In this document: one piece after another, positions 9,176 through 19,422 of the stretch
Layout: each line of letters starts with the position of its first letter
Numbering within the stretch: position 1 is the stretch's first letter
DNA from: Tolypothrix carrinoi HA7290-LM1
GTDB taxonomy: Bacteria > Cyanobacteriota > Cyanobacteriia > Cyanobacteriales > Nostocaceae
Direction: 5' to 3'
DNA: 54,809 nucleotides
Assembly (NCBI GenBank): GCA_019358935.1
Contig: JAHHIK010000056.1
Span: 1 to 54,809 of the forward strand
Notes under the pieces: generated by a model
Told to the model about the DNA's origin: nothing
Databases searched by the model: none
Seen by the model: only the letters and a program-made list of their open reading frames with translations
Program-made: the position numbers and the translations under genes

Positions 9176-10099
9176 ATGAAAAATGTTAGAAAAAATTTCA
9201 GGTATCTGACTAGCACTGAAAAACAAAACTACATTGAGGCAGTCAAAGCGCTCAAAGCTAGGATTAGCCCTATTACTGGTCGTAGTATCTACGATGAGTA
9301 TGTGCTTTGGCATAGTTTAGCAAACAACCACATGGACCCAAGCGATCCTAAAGGATTCCGTAATGCTGCCCATGTGGGTCCTGCGTTTCTTCCTTGGCAT
9401 CGCTATTATCTTTACAGATTTGAACGGCAATTACAAAGAAGTGTACCTGGTCTAACAATTCCTTACTGGGATTGGACGCAAGATGCTTCTGATCCTTTCA
9501 ATTCACCGATTTGGGCAGATGACTATATGGGAGGTAATGGTGACCCTGAGGATAATAACATAGTTAAAACTGGTCCATTTGCAGTCGATCAATGGATAAC
9601 CATTAACGTGGATGGCAGTAGTAAGGGAGGCTTACAACGCCAGTTTGGTAAAAATGCGTCAGGATTACCAACTCAAACAGATGTGAATCTGGCGATCGGG
9701 GAAACTCCTTACGATAGCCCCCCGTGGAATATAGACAGCAATCCCAGCCATCGCAATCGGCTTGAAGGCTTTCTAGCACCGGGCGGACCATTTACTGCGG
9801 ACGGGGCATTCGTTGGTCAATTACACAACCAAGTTCATGCATGGATCGGCGGCGATATGATGAATGTGAGTATATCGCCAAACGATCCTGTTTTTTTTCT
9901 GCATCATTGCAACGTGGATCGGCTTTGGGCAATATGGCAAGAGAAGAACCCAAGCCAAAGATATCTACCCACTGGAGATGGACCAGAGGGACACAATCTC
10001 TACGACCTAATGTATCCTTGGGATGGGAAAACTACGAGGCTAAAGGCTAGACCCGTAGAAGTTCTAAATTCTAGAAGACTCGGCACCTACTACGATTAG
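9176..10099 (+). CDS. melC2: Tyrosinase (type-3 copper oxidase, MelC2-like), no signal peptide
   Basis: VRKN start; CuA His (WH, NAAH, FLPWHR); PYWDW; CuB HNQVH and DPVFFLHHCNVDRLW. Confidence 0.93.
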   Translation: MKNVRKNFRYLTSTEKQNYIEAVKALKARISPITGRSIYDEYVLWHSLANNHMDPSDPKGFRNAAHVGPAFLPWHRYYLYRFERQLQRSVPGLTIPYWDWTQDASDPFNSPIWADDYMGGNGDPEDNNIVKTGPFAVDQWITINVDGSSKGGLQRQFGKNASGLPTQTDVNLAIGETPYDSPPWNIDSNPSHRNRLEGFLAPGGPFTADGAFVGQLHNQVHAWIGGDMMNVSISPNDPVFFLHHCNVDRLWAIWQEKNPSQRYLPTGDGPEGHNLYDLMYPWDGKTTRLKARPVEVLNSRRLGTYYD

Positions 10100-10117
10100 T
10101 GGATCGGCGCGATAGAA

Positions 10118-10278
10118 AATCAAAACAATTTTTCTGTTTTCTACCAGATTTAGGACTTACGCACTTCCTTCGTCGTCACCATTGAATTGACCTAGGGGCA
10201 ATTCATGAATTGCCCCTACAAGACTTTAGTTTTGCACTCATTCCTACAGATTATTAAAGCAGAAAGAAGTGCGATCGC
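10118..10278 (+). repeat. Right direct repeat of the melC cassette, interrupted by a MITE
   Basis: 10118-10150 plus 10253-10278 reconstitute the 8040-8098 sequence with 3 substitutions. Confidence 0.85.
10151..10246. mobile_element. MITE (TAGGACTTACGCAC end) carrying a GTAG-type REP palindrome
   Basis: CAGATT duplicated on both sides (10145-10150, 10247-10252). Internal TAGGGGCAATTCATGAATTGCCCCTAC. An inverted sister copy is at 22929-23025. Confidence 0.8.
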
Positions 10279-10686
10279 TCCCCCACCTGTTTTCAGCATC
10301 GCCGGAATTTGATACTTTAAACAAAGCCACACCGCTTTCAAATTCACATCAATCTCAGAATTCCAGTCTACTTCGGTTCTTTCAGTTAACGGAATCGATT
10401 TCCCAAAACCTGCGTTGTTAAAAGCACAGTCCAAACGACCATAAATTTCTACTGTTTTGTTGACTAATGCTTCAATTTGTGCTGCATTAGTTACATCTGT
10501 TTGTACAAATAAAGCTTCACTTCCTGCTTCTTTGACTAGACGCACTGTTTCTTCACCTTCTTGGGTGCGACGAGCTGCAATGACGACTTTTGCACCTTCT
10601 TTGGCAAAAGCAACTGCTGTAGCTCGACCAATTCCGGAACTACCACCAGTAACAATTGCCACTTTGCCGTCTAATTTACCTGCCAT
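10271..10686 (-). pseudogene. Short-chain dehydrogenase/reductase truncated at a HIP1 site
   Basis: TGGSSGIG and NNAG motifs are present. Homology stops at GGGAI (HIP1 10271-10278), before the catalytic Ser and YxxxK. Confidence 0.88.
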
Positions 10687-10771
10687 AAATTCTTCTCCTA
10701 AAAGGGAATGGGGAATGGGGAAGAGAAAGATTTTCACCTTCACAATAAAATGTGCTGAAGGCTATAGTATT

Positions 10772-12592
10772 TCAGATTCTTGCTGGTTTTTGTAAGTTCT
10801 TGCTATTTTCTTTTATTTTTAATTCTTTGGAAGTGGCAAACTGCGGATAAAGCTTACTTAATAACTGTGCTATCTCTTCTGAACTAGAAGAGTTGATTAA
10901 ACTCAGGTTTAAAGGCGCTTTACTGATAAACTTGGCATAAGATTCACTTAAATAAGGACGATAATTCGCTTTGTTGACAAGATGAGTTTCAAAAAAAGCC
11001 ACACTGAGAGCTTTGACATAAGAGTAAGCTGGTGTGCGATTAGGACCAAGTAATCCATTTGGTACAGGTATCACTCTTTGACTGGGAGGTGGATCTGTTT
11101 CCACTGTGAAGTGAGTACCATTTTCAATTAATGCTAAATATTTATCTGGATTTGGTAGCCTGGTAAAAGGAAAAATTTGTTCTGGTACGGCTGGGGTAAA
11201 AATATCTTGACTACTAGCTAATAACATTGTGGGAATTTTAATTTGACTTACTCCTTTAGAGCCAAAAATTGTGCTACCTAAGGGATTAAATGCCAAAATT
11301 GCTTTTACCCGCTCATCTTTAATTGGATAAATAGCTGGTTTTATTTCTAACGCTCGACACTGTAAGAAAACTGATAAATTTAACGAACGGTTGGGACTAC
11401 AATCTTTACGGACTTGCTGAAAATTTATTGTTGCACCTGCTAATGCTAAAGCAGTATATCCGCCTAAAGAATGTCCGATTACTCCTACTTGTTGAAGATT
11501 TAATTTTCCTTTGAGATTAACATCAGAATCGTTAAGGCGTTGAAGTTCATCTAATAAGTATTTTACATTTAACGGACGGTTAATTAATTCTGTTGCTTGT
11601 GGGGGACCTGCAAATCCTGATAAGAATTGTTGAAACTCCTTAGAGTTAGTTTCCGGATGTTCAATTACCGCAACTGCAAAGCCATAGGATACTAAATGTT
11701 TAGCTAAATAGACAAATGTATTGCGGTCTTCTGCCAAACCGTGAGAAATTACAATTACAGGGAAAGGTGAAGGGAAGCTAGCTGTTTTGTTTTGCCGCGA
11801 TTGAGGTAAATATAAATCTGCGTCGTATTTGCGTTCTGGGATAGATCCAGATAGTCCATCACGCGATCGATCGCGCAAATTTAAAGTTAATTTTTGGTAA
11901 TTAAAATCACCTGCAAGTCGAATATCTCGTTGTTGCGAAAAATCAATTTGCGCTTGTGTTGTATCTTTGTCTGCTATTTGTTGTAATGCTAAAACTACTG
12001 CATCTCTTTTTTTCAGTAAGTCTGATAATTGCCCAAATGTATTTACCGTTTCCGAAAAGTTCAAACGTATACTAGGGCTAGGATATCGACGTATGATATT
12101 AACTAATGTTAAACCTTCTGGGTCAGCAGCAGATAAAATAAGTGCAGAACGTAAAGCGTAGAAACCATTTTGTCTAGTTTCCACTTGCACTAATTCTCCC
12201 AAACGTTGCAGTATTTTTTCGCCTATGGGGGAATAGGTAAACTGCGATACTAAGGTGGGGCTAGTATTAAATTTGGTTTGGAGAAATTCTCGTAGTTGTG
12301 CTAATTGTTCTGGTTTAGCACGTTTAGCATAAAAGGCAAAGTCGGAAGTAATTTTACCTTGTTTGGCAAACAGTTCTAAATCATTGGTGGAGATGGAAAA
12401 GTCACCAAATGGAGGGTAATAAAAGTCAATGCGATCGGCTCCGAATGCAGGTGTTGTAATTGCTACACTGGATATAACTCCGAAAAAAGAAGCAATCGCT
12501 TTTCCTACCCAATGCTGCTTTTTGTGAAGTATCTTACTAAAGTAATCTATATTGTGCTGTGTCATTACCACTACTGCAAGAGTGTCTGCCAC
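10772..12592 (-). CDS. Alpha/beta hydrolase (DUF1400 N-terminus plus PAF-AH-like domain)
   Basis: PVIVISHGL, GHSLGG nucleophile elbow and NGTHF. Start position uncertain. Confidence 0.88.
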   Translation of the reverse strand: MADTLAVVVMTQHNIDYFSKILHKKQHWVGKAIASFFGVISSVAITTPAFGADRIDFYYPPFGDFSISTNDLELFAKQGKITSDFAFYAKRAKPEQLAQLREFLQTKFNTSPTLVSQFTYSPIGEKILQRLGELVQVETRQNGFYALRSALILSAADPEGLTLVNIIRRYPSPSIRLNFSETVNTFGQLSDLLKKRDAVVLALQQIADKDTTQAQIDFSQQRDIRLAGDFNYQKLTLNLRDRSRDGLSGSIPERKYDADLYLPQSRQNKTASFPSPFPVIVISHGLAEDRNTFVYLAKHLVSYGFAVAVIEHPETNSKEFQQFLSGFAGPPQATELINRPLNVKYLLDELQRLNDSDVNLKGKLNLQQVGVIGHSLGGYTALALAGATINFQQVRKDCSPNRSLNLSVFLQCRALEIKPAIYPIKDERVKAILAFNPLGSTIFGSKGVSQIKIPTMLLASSQDIFTPAVPEQIFPFTRLPNPDKYLALIENGTHFTVETDPPPSQRVIPVPNGLLGPNRTPAYSYVKALSVAFFETHLVNKANYRPYLSESYAKFISKAPLNLSLINSSSSEEIAQLLSKLYPQFATSKELKIKENSKNLQKPARI

Positions 12593-12635
12593 AGTATGAT
12601 ATAACTTTTTGTTTAGTGAAAATATCTAGTTTCAT

Positions 12636-12666
12636 ATCCCCGACTTCGCAGAAGTTGTCGGGGATA
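12636..12666. repeat. Palindromic intergenic repeat
   Basis: ATCCCCGAC-TTCGCAGAAGTT-GTCGGGGAT. Confidence 0.6.
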
Positions 12667-12698
12667 TTGTTTTTCACAATAGTACACGCTTAGGATAG

Positions 12699-12917
12699 CT
12701 ATCCGCTAGATTTTTCCACTAAATTCTTTAAGTGTAAATACGCTTCTTCTGGGCTAAGTGCTTGAGACTTACTCTCATCGGGAATGTAAAATTCCCAACT
12801 ATCAGGAAAGTGATGCACAACAAAGCTAGAGATAAGTCTCAATTTCAAAGCTTTTTTTCCTAAAGCTTCTGCTTGTTCTGCTAAAGTAATTTCGTCATGA
12901 AACTCAGAGTTACTCAT
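12699..12917 (-). CDS. Small hypothetical protein
   Basis: 72-aa ORF with protein-like composition (WEFYIP..LSPEEAY). Confidence 0.6.
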   Translation of the reverse strand: MSNSEFHDEITLAEQAEALGKKALKLRLISSFVVHHFPDSWEFYIPDESKSQALSPEEAYLHLKNLVEKSSG

Positions 12918-12993
12918 GTTGAATGCTTTCTTGAGTTGATCGGAATATTATTAATTATTAATCCTATACTCTTTTAGCTACCTTTATAAATTA

Positions 12994-13962
12994 TTAAGTT
13001 GTGTGCATGTTGTCTGGCTGGTGGCGATTTTCTAGAACGGTTTTTGGGGTGACACCCGTAAGGCGTTTAAAATGTAGGTTAAGATGACTTTGGTTGGCAA
13101 AACCGCAGGCTAAAGCAATATCAATTATTGGCATTTCTCCTTGTAATAACAATTGTTTGGCTCGCTCAACTCGCTGCTGAATTACATATTGATGTACAGA
13201 CATATTCATTGATTGCTTGAAAAGACGACAAAAGTAAAATTCACTTAATTGAGCGATCGCGGCAATTTATGCTAGTCTCAAATTATACTGAAGATGAGCG
13301 TTGATATATTCAATTACTTTCTGTAATTTGTATTTTGGCAATCTATCTGAAGAAGTAGAAATCTGAGTTTTGAAAACAGAATATTTTCTCAGCAAATGCG
13401 TTATCAATGTTGTTTTTAGTTGCTCGATAAATAAGTTACCAGCGATACCACCAGAAACTAGCTCATCTTTAAATGCTGAAAGAATGCCTTGAATTAGTGG
13501 GTCTTGCAATGTGGCAAAATGAGGCTTAAGTTCAATGCGTAGACGCGTTCGCGGAGCGTCTCGTAGAGAAGCGGCTTGTCGCCAGACATCGCTTTTCACC
13601 AACTCTTGTCCCACCTTATTAAACAAGCTTGGTTCAATTCCCACAAACATAAACTCAATATCCTTTAACCACTGACAGCGGTGCAGCACTCCAGCTGGCA
13701 AAATGAAGGTATTACCATGCACTAACTGTTGAAACTTTCCATCAATCCACTGTTCCAAAGGCGTTGGCGAACAAATATATGTCAAAATATGCAAGCAGTG
13801 AAGATGTTCTGTAGTATCGTGTGTCGGCTGTTGTTGCAGTTCAAAATGAATATCACTCCACTGAGCGTTTTTGCTAGAAACAATTGGCGATTTAGGCAAA
13901 ATTAAATTCGATGCATCTGCTTGACGATAATCGATGATGGTAATTTCTTGTTGCTGCGCCAT
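12994..13962 (-). pseudogene. AraC-family regulator split by an in-frame TAA (13267-13269)
   Basis: ORFs 13267..13962 and 12994..13209 are in one frame. Read-through gives LRLA*IAAIAQLSEFYFCRLFKQSMNMSVHQY, a canonical AraC HTH. Confidence 0.88.
13540..13587. repeat. 48-nt in-frame nested SDR insertion (27 + 21 nt) into HIP1 within the AraC gene
   Basis: Removing it restores GCGATCGC and the reading KSDRIEL. Confidence 0.85.
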
Positions 13963-14040
13963 TTTTCTGTCTCAATTCGCTTCTTCTTTGCGTTTGTTGT
14001 CGGGATGATTTGACAATCAACATCGATAAATTGACATATC

Positions 14041-14070
14041 GTAGAGACGTTCGGTGTGGAACGTCTCTAC
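14041..14070. repeat. GTAG-type REP palindrome
   Basis: GTAGAGACGTTC-GGTGTG-GAACGTCTCTAC; further copies at 15963-16018, 17510, 31263 and 42932. Confidence 0.85.
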
Positions 14071-14082
14071 AATACCAGGATT

Positions 14083-14793
14083 ATGCAACAGTTGATTTAT
14101 TTACCAGAAATAGCAGAATTTCTCGATCGCTTGTTTGCGGTTGAACGTTACACCGAAGCTGAAAGAGGTGGTGTATATTTGCCATCTTCCCGTAGTATTA
14201 AACGTTTGGGTTTGGCGTTAGAACCTAAGACAGATTTATCAGAATGGGCGATCGCGCAAAATATAGATGCGCTATTCTTACATCGACCGTGGAAACTTGA
14301 ACCACAACAACTTACACCAGATGTCGGAGTAATTGCTTATCATCTACCATTTGATGAGTATTTAACGTTGAGTTACAATTCTCGCTTGGCGGAAGTTTTA
14401 GGAATTTCACGTAGAAAAGTTTTGGGAAAAAAAGATTGTCGTGCGATCGGTATGATTGGAGAGATACCGAAGCAGAATTTTCATAATTTATGTAATTGTA
14501 TCAATCAAATCTTTGGAGGATACGAGCAAGTACTGACGGCAGAACAGAGTGAAGTATCACGAATTGCTGTTGTTGGCGCAATGACAGACTTGCTGGTACG
14601 TGAAGCAGCAAATAAAGGTGCTGAAGTTTATATAACAGGACAATTGCGACAGCCAGCCGAACAAGCGATGCAGGAAACTAAAATTGCAGCGATCGCTATT
14701 GGGCACCGTCGTAGTGAAGTCTGGGGTTTACGTGTACTCGCGGGAATACTACGTGAACGTTGGGCTAGTTTAGAGGTTTTAGTTGCTCCCTGA
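14083..14793 (+). CDS. Nif3-like dinuclear metal-centre protein
   Basis: LFLHRP, YHLPFD, YITG and GHRRSE motifs. Confidence 0.85.
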   Translation: MQQLIYLPEIAEFLDRLFAVERYTEAERGGVYLPSSRSIKRLGLALEPKTDLSEWAIAQNIDALFLHRPWKLEPQQLTPDVGVIAYHLPFDEYLTLSYNSRLAEVLGISRRKVLGKKDCRAIGMIGEIPKQNFHNLCNCINQIFGGYEQVLTAEQSEVSRIAVVGAMTDLLVREAANKGAEVYITGQLRQPAEQAMQETKIAAIAIGHRRSEVWGLRVLAGILRERWASLEVLVAP

Positions 14794-14797
14794 TGCA

Positions 14798-14921
14798 TTG
14801 GGCATTGGGCATTGGGCATTGGGCATTGGGCATTGGGCATTGGGCATTGGGCAAAATTCCTCTCCCCCTTGTCCCCCTTGTCCCCCTTGTCCCCCTTGTC
14901 TGCCTTGTCCCCCTCTCCCCC
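14798..14921. repeat. STRR tracts (TTGGGCA)n and (CCCCTTGTC)n between convergent genes
   Basis: Tandem 7-mers and 9-mers. Confidence 0.9.
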
Positions 14922-15862
14922 TAACGATTTGGTTGTTGAATCAAAGCCTGAAAGCGTCCATCTTCACGGATTTTGTCAAAATCTGAGTGAGTTGGAATCA
15001 TTTGCAGATATTGTTCTGGACAAAGAATAATTGCTTGTTGTAAGTTCTCAATAGCTGCTTCAATGTTGTTTTGTAAGGCATAACAGCGGGCTTTGTTATA
15101 TAGAATGACGTGATCGTTTGGTTGCAATTGTAGGGCGCGATTGTAAGAAGCGATCGCCTCAGAGTAATGCTGTAATTTTTCCCAAGTTATGCCTTTGTGT
15201 AACCAAGCTTTATAATAATCTGGTTGAATTGCTAAAGCGCGGTCAAAGCTGACGATCGCTTTTTCATAACGTCCCCAGTTGCTCAAACTCGCGCCTCGGT
15301 TATGCCAAGCCATAACGTTGTTGGGGTCAAATTCAATAGCGCGATCGTAGCTGTTAACAGCTTCTTCATAGCGTCCTAGCTGTTTAAGGGCATTACCTTT
15401 ATTATTCCATCCCCAATAAGCATCTGGTTGCAAGTTTATCGTGCGATCAAAGCTGATAATTGCCTTTTCATAATGTCCCAAATCGCACAAGGTAATACCG
15501 CGATTGTGCCAAATAGTGGGGGAATTAAAGTTAAACTCAAGAGCGCGGTCAAAGCTATTGAGAGCTTCATCGTGACGTTCTAACTTTCCTAGGGCAATAG
15601 CGCGGTTGTGCCAAACCCAGCAAGCGTCTGTGCGTAATTCTAGCGTTAAGTCAAAACAAGCGATCGCATCCATGTGGCGACCCAAGCAACCTAGAGCAAA
15701 ACCTTTTTGCGATAAAGCTTCCGGATAATCTGGCTTACATTTTAGCGCTTTGTCGAAATTGGCGATCGCATCACTAAACTTTTCTGCTTTGTTTTGCCGC
15801 AATCCTTGCTGAAAATATAATTCCGCTTCTAGGTTGAGGATTATTTTCATAGAGTCTGGCAT
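14921..15862 (-). CDS. Tetratricopeptide repeat protein
   Basis: About 8 repeats of W.NRG..L..LG.YE.A..SFDRA. Likely start 15862 or 15850; the longer ORF runs through REPs. Confidence 0.9.
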   Translation of the reverse strand: MPDSMKIILNLEAELYFQQGLRQNKAEKFSDAIANFDKALKCKPDYPEALSQKGFALGCLGRHMDAIACFDLTLELRTDACWVWHNRAIALGKLERHDEALNSFDRALEFNFNSPTIWHNRGITLCDLGHYEKAIISFDRTINLQPDAYWGWNNKGNALKQLGRYEEAVNSYDRAIEFDPNNVMAWHNRGASLSNWGRYEKAIVSFDRALAIQPDYYKAWLHKGITWEKLQHYSEAIASYNRALQLQPNDHVILYNKARCYALQNNIEAAIENLQQAIILCPEQYLQMIPTHSDFDKIREDGRFQALIQQPNR

Positions 15863-15962
15863 CTTCCCTTGGTATGATATTTTTTTGAGATTTCCAATCA
15901 AGATAGCATAAGTAGAAAAAATATGTTTGTAAAAGCACTCAGCAAATTGCCAAAAACGCATC

Positions 15963-16018
15963 GTAGAGACGTTCCGGCGGTTCTGGATGTAGAGACGTTC
16001 CACACCGAACGTCTCTAC
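15963..16018. repeat. One and a half GTAG REP units
   Basis: GTAGAGACGTTCC twice; the second copy is complete. Confidence 0.8.
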
Positions 16019-16182
16019 TGGTGTTATAAATGTGAGATCCTGAAGATAGTTAAGGACGGTCAAGGGCGAGAAACTGTGACTAAAATGTTGGACAAAGCCA
16101 GATATTAATAGACTATTTTGTCCAATACAAAACTTGCTATACTTGTAAGAGCGCGAAAACCAAGCGAAAAAATTAAGGCTTA

Positions 16183-17426
<1,244 letters not shown>

Positions 17427-17509
17427 CATGCAGCCATTTTCTCGTTTCCATTACCAGGTAGCAGCCTGGTAACGAGAGAATAATATTATGTATACGACAC
17501 ACACATATT

Positions 17510-17539
17510 GTAGAGACGTTCCGTCCGGAACGTCTTTAC
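17510..17539. repeat. GTAG REP (a second palindrome lies at about 17440-17477)
   Basis: GTAGAGACGTTCC-GTCC-GGAACGTCTTTAC between convergent genes. Confidence 0.8.
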
Positions 17540-17578
17540 GACGGTTTCGATGTTTTTATTACTCAAATTTGCCGAGTT

Positions 17579-18331
17579 TTATTTATTCAAAAAAAAGTAC
17601 ACAGTCATACTGAAACCTACACCAGTAATAAAATACTGTACCAAAGAGGGAGGAAGTTTGCGGGCAATATCAGCACTTGCGTAGCCACCAATTACAGCCG
17701 CAACTGCCATCATAATCGCCTCAAACCAAACAATCTTTTGAGCGAATATAAAGTAAGCGATCGCCACAGCATTTATACAACTCGCTAACCAACTTTTAAA
17801 GGCATTCATTTTATGGATATTTTCAATACCCATGATATTTAAAACCGCTAACATCAAAATACCGCCACCACCGCCAAAATAACCGCCATAAGTTGCTATA
17901 ACCAACTGCAACAACATAATTACAAATATTGGCAAGCGAATATTTTTTAAATTGCTGCTACCTTTTAACCACTTCATCACTGGTCGATTGACTGCAAACA
18001 ACAGTGTTGCAACTAACATTAAATATGGAATTAAAGCGGTAAAATTCTTACTAGATGTATGTAACAATAAATATGAACCAAAAATTCCGCCAAAAACGCT
18101 GGTGCTGCTAAGTAAAAATAATTCTTGGCGTTTAGTTGAAAGTTCGCGACGATAAGCTATGCTACTTGCAACTGTTCCAAACCAAAGTGCGGCTGTACTT
18201 GTCGCGTTTGCATAAATCGGTTCTACTCCAACTAACAAAAGTGCCGGAAAGACGATTAAACCACCACCACCGGCAACACCATTCATAACTCCAGCTAGTA
18301 AAGCCGCAGTACACAAAAATAAGATTTCCAC
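17579..18331 (-). CDS. TauE/SafE (TSUP) family membrane transporter
   Basis: AGGGGLIVFPAL, ANATS and YGGYFGGGGG; multiple TM helices. Confidence 0.9.
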   Translation of the reverse strand: MEILFLCTAALLAGVMNGVAGGGGLIVFPALLLVGVEPIYANATSTAALWFGTVASSIAYRRELSTKRQELFLLSSTSVFGGIFGSYLLLHTSSKNFTALIPYLMLVATLLFAVNRPVMKWLKGSSNLKNIRLPIFVIMLLQLVIATYGGYFGGGGGILMLAVLNIMGIENIHKMNAFKSWLASCINAVAIAYFIFAQKIVWFEAIMMAVAAVIGGYASADIARKLPPSLVQYFITGVGFSMTVYFFLNK

Positions 18332-18343
18332 AAATTAAAAAAC

Positions 18344-19123
18344 CTAATGTTTAAAGGCAACAATGCGAATTCGGCGGTAATCTGCCATCCAAGTTTTGTC
18401 TTGATAAAGTGTTGATTTTAAGCTTTCTTCAACTTTGCTAATTACTTGCAATTGTTGTTGATGGGAAAGTTCTTTCAGGGATGCATTTGCAAACATTTGT
18501 ATCCAGTTCGCCATCCCTGCCTCTGCATCTGCTAATGGTGTAGGACGGGCAAATAAAACAGCATAATTAACATCAAAACCATGCTTTTCTAAGCGAGTCG
18601 CATACTCACCAATACTCGGATAATACCAAGGATTCAGTGCTTGAGGTTGGGAAATTCCTATCTCTTGTAAAGCTGTTTCTAAAGCTGTGGTAATTGCTTG
18701 CACATTTCCCTTACCACCAAATTCAGCTACAAAACGTCCCCCCGGTTTCAGCGCTTGATGAACACTACGAATTACTGCATCTGGTTCTTTAATCCAATGC
18801 AGCGCTGCGTTAGAAAAAACTGCATCCAAAGGCTGTTCTACTTGAAAGCTTCTTGCATCAGCAACATCAAATTGAAGATGCGGATAGTTTTGTTTTGCCT
18901 TTGAAATCATCGCCGGCGCATTATCAATTCCCATAACAACAGCACCAGATGTAGCAATTTTTTCTGTTAATTGCCCAGTACCGCAACCTAAATCTAAAAT
19001 GCGTTCTTTTTGCTTGGGGTTTAATAGTTGCAGCAAATCTTCGCCATACTGCCACACAAATGCGTGTTTATTTTCGTAAAGGGCAGCATTCCAATTATTT
19101 TTTATCATCAAAAGATACTCCAT
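18344..19123 (-). CDS. Class I SAM-dependent methyltransferase (Tam-like)
   Basis: ILDLGCGTG, DAVFSNAALHW and LKPGGRF. Confidence 0.92.
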   Translation of the reverse strand: MEYLLMIKNNWNAALYENKHAFVWQYGEDLLQLLNPKQKERILDLGCGTGQLTEKIATSGAVVMGIDNAPAMISKAKQNYPHLQFDVADARSFQVEQPLDAVFSNAALHWIKEPDAVIRSVHQALKPGGRFVAEFGGKGNVQAITTALETALQEIGISQPQALNPWYYPSIGEYATRLEKHGFDVNYAVLFARPTPLADAEAGMANWIQMFANASLKELSHQQQLQVISKVEESLKSTLYQDKTWMADYRRIRIVAFKH

Positions 19124-19175
19124 AAATAGTGAAATTACAGAGTGTGCATTGCTTGCCCTCTACCTTGCACACTAA

Positions 19176-19315
19176 TAAGACTTAGGCACAATGAGGAAAA
19201 AACGAACCGCAGAGAAGCCAGCGCTGTGCGGGGGTGGAGGAGTTTGAGGCGACTGGCGCGACGCAGAGTACACAGAGTTTGGGAGAGTTTGAGAGAGTTT
19301 TTGCGCTCATTCCTG
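19176..19315. mobile_element. Degenerate MITE of the TAGGACTTACGCAC family with different cargo
   Basis: Left end TAAGACTTAGGCAC; right end TGCGCTCATTCCTG (as in the 10151 copy); flanks ACTAA/ACTAG; cargo is an AACCGCAGAG..CGCAGAG repeat with a nested SDR. Confidence 0.6.
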
Positions 19316-19392
19316 ACTAGGTTGATGACAGCTTAATCATTACAATAGAAAAGATTTTTAATTATGTCCAATATATTTTTAAGCTTTAATTA

Positions 19393-19407
19393 ATATTTAA
19401 AAGATAT
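19393..19407. promoter_or_regulatory. Putative LysR box (T-N11-A)
   Basis: ATAT-N7-ATAT just upstream of the divergent lysR gene. Confidence 0.4.
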
Positions 19408-19422
19408 GAATTATGGTGTGCA

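Noticed and set aside
13267..13269. Possible stop-codon recoding (TAA in the AraC gene and in the 37.1-37.5 kb gene)
   Set aside because: TAA terminates many intact genes in the window; simple nonsense mutation or sequencing error is sufficient
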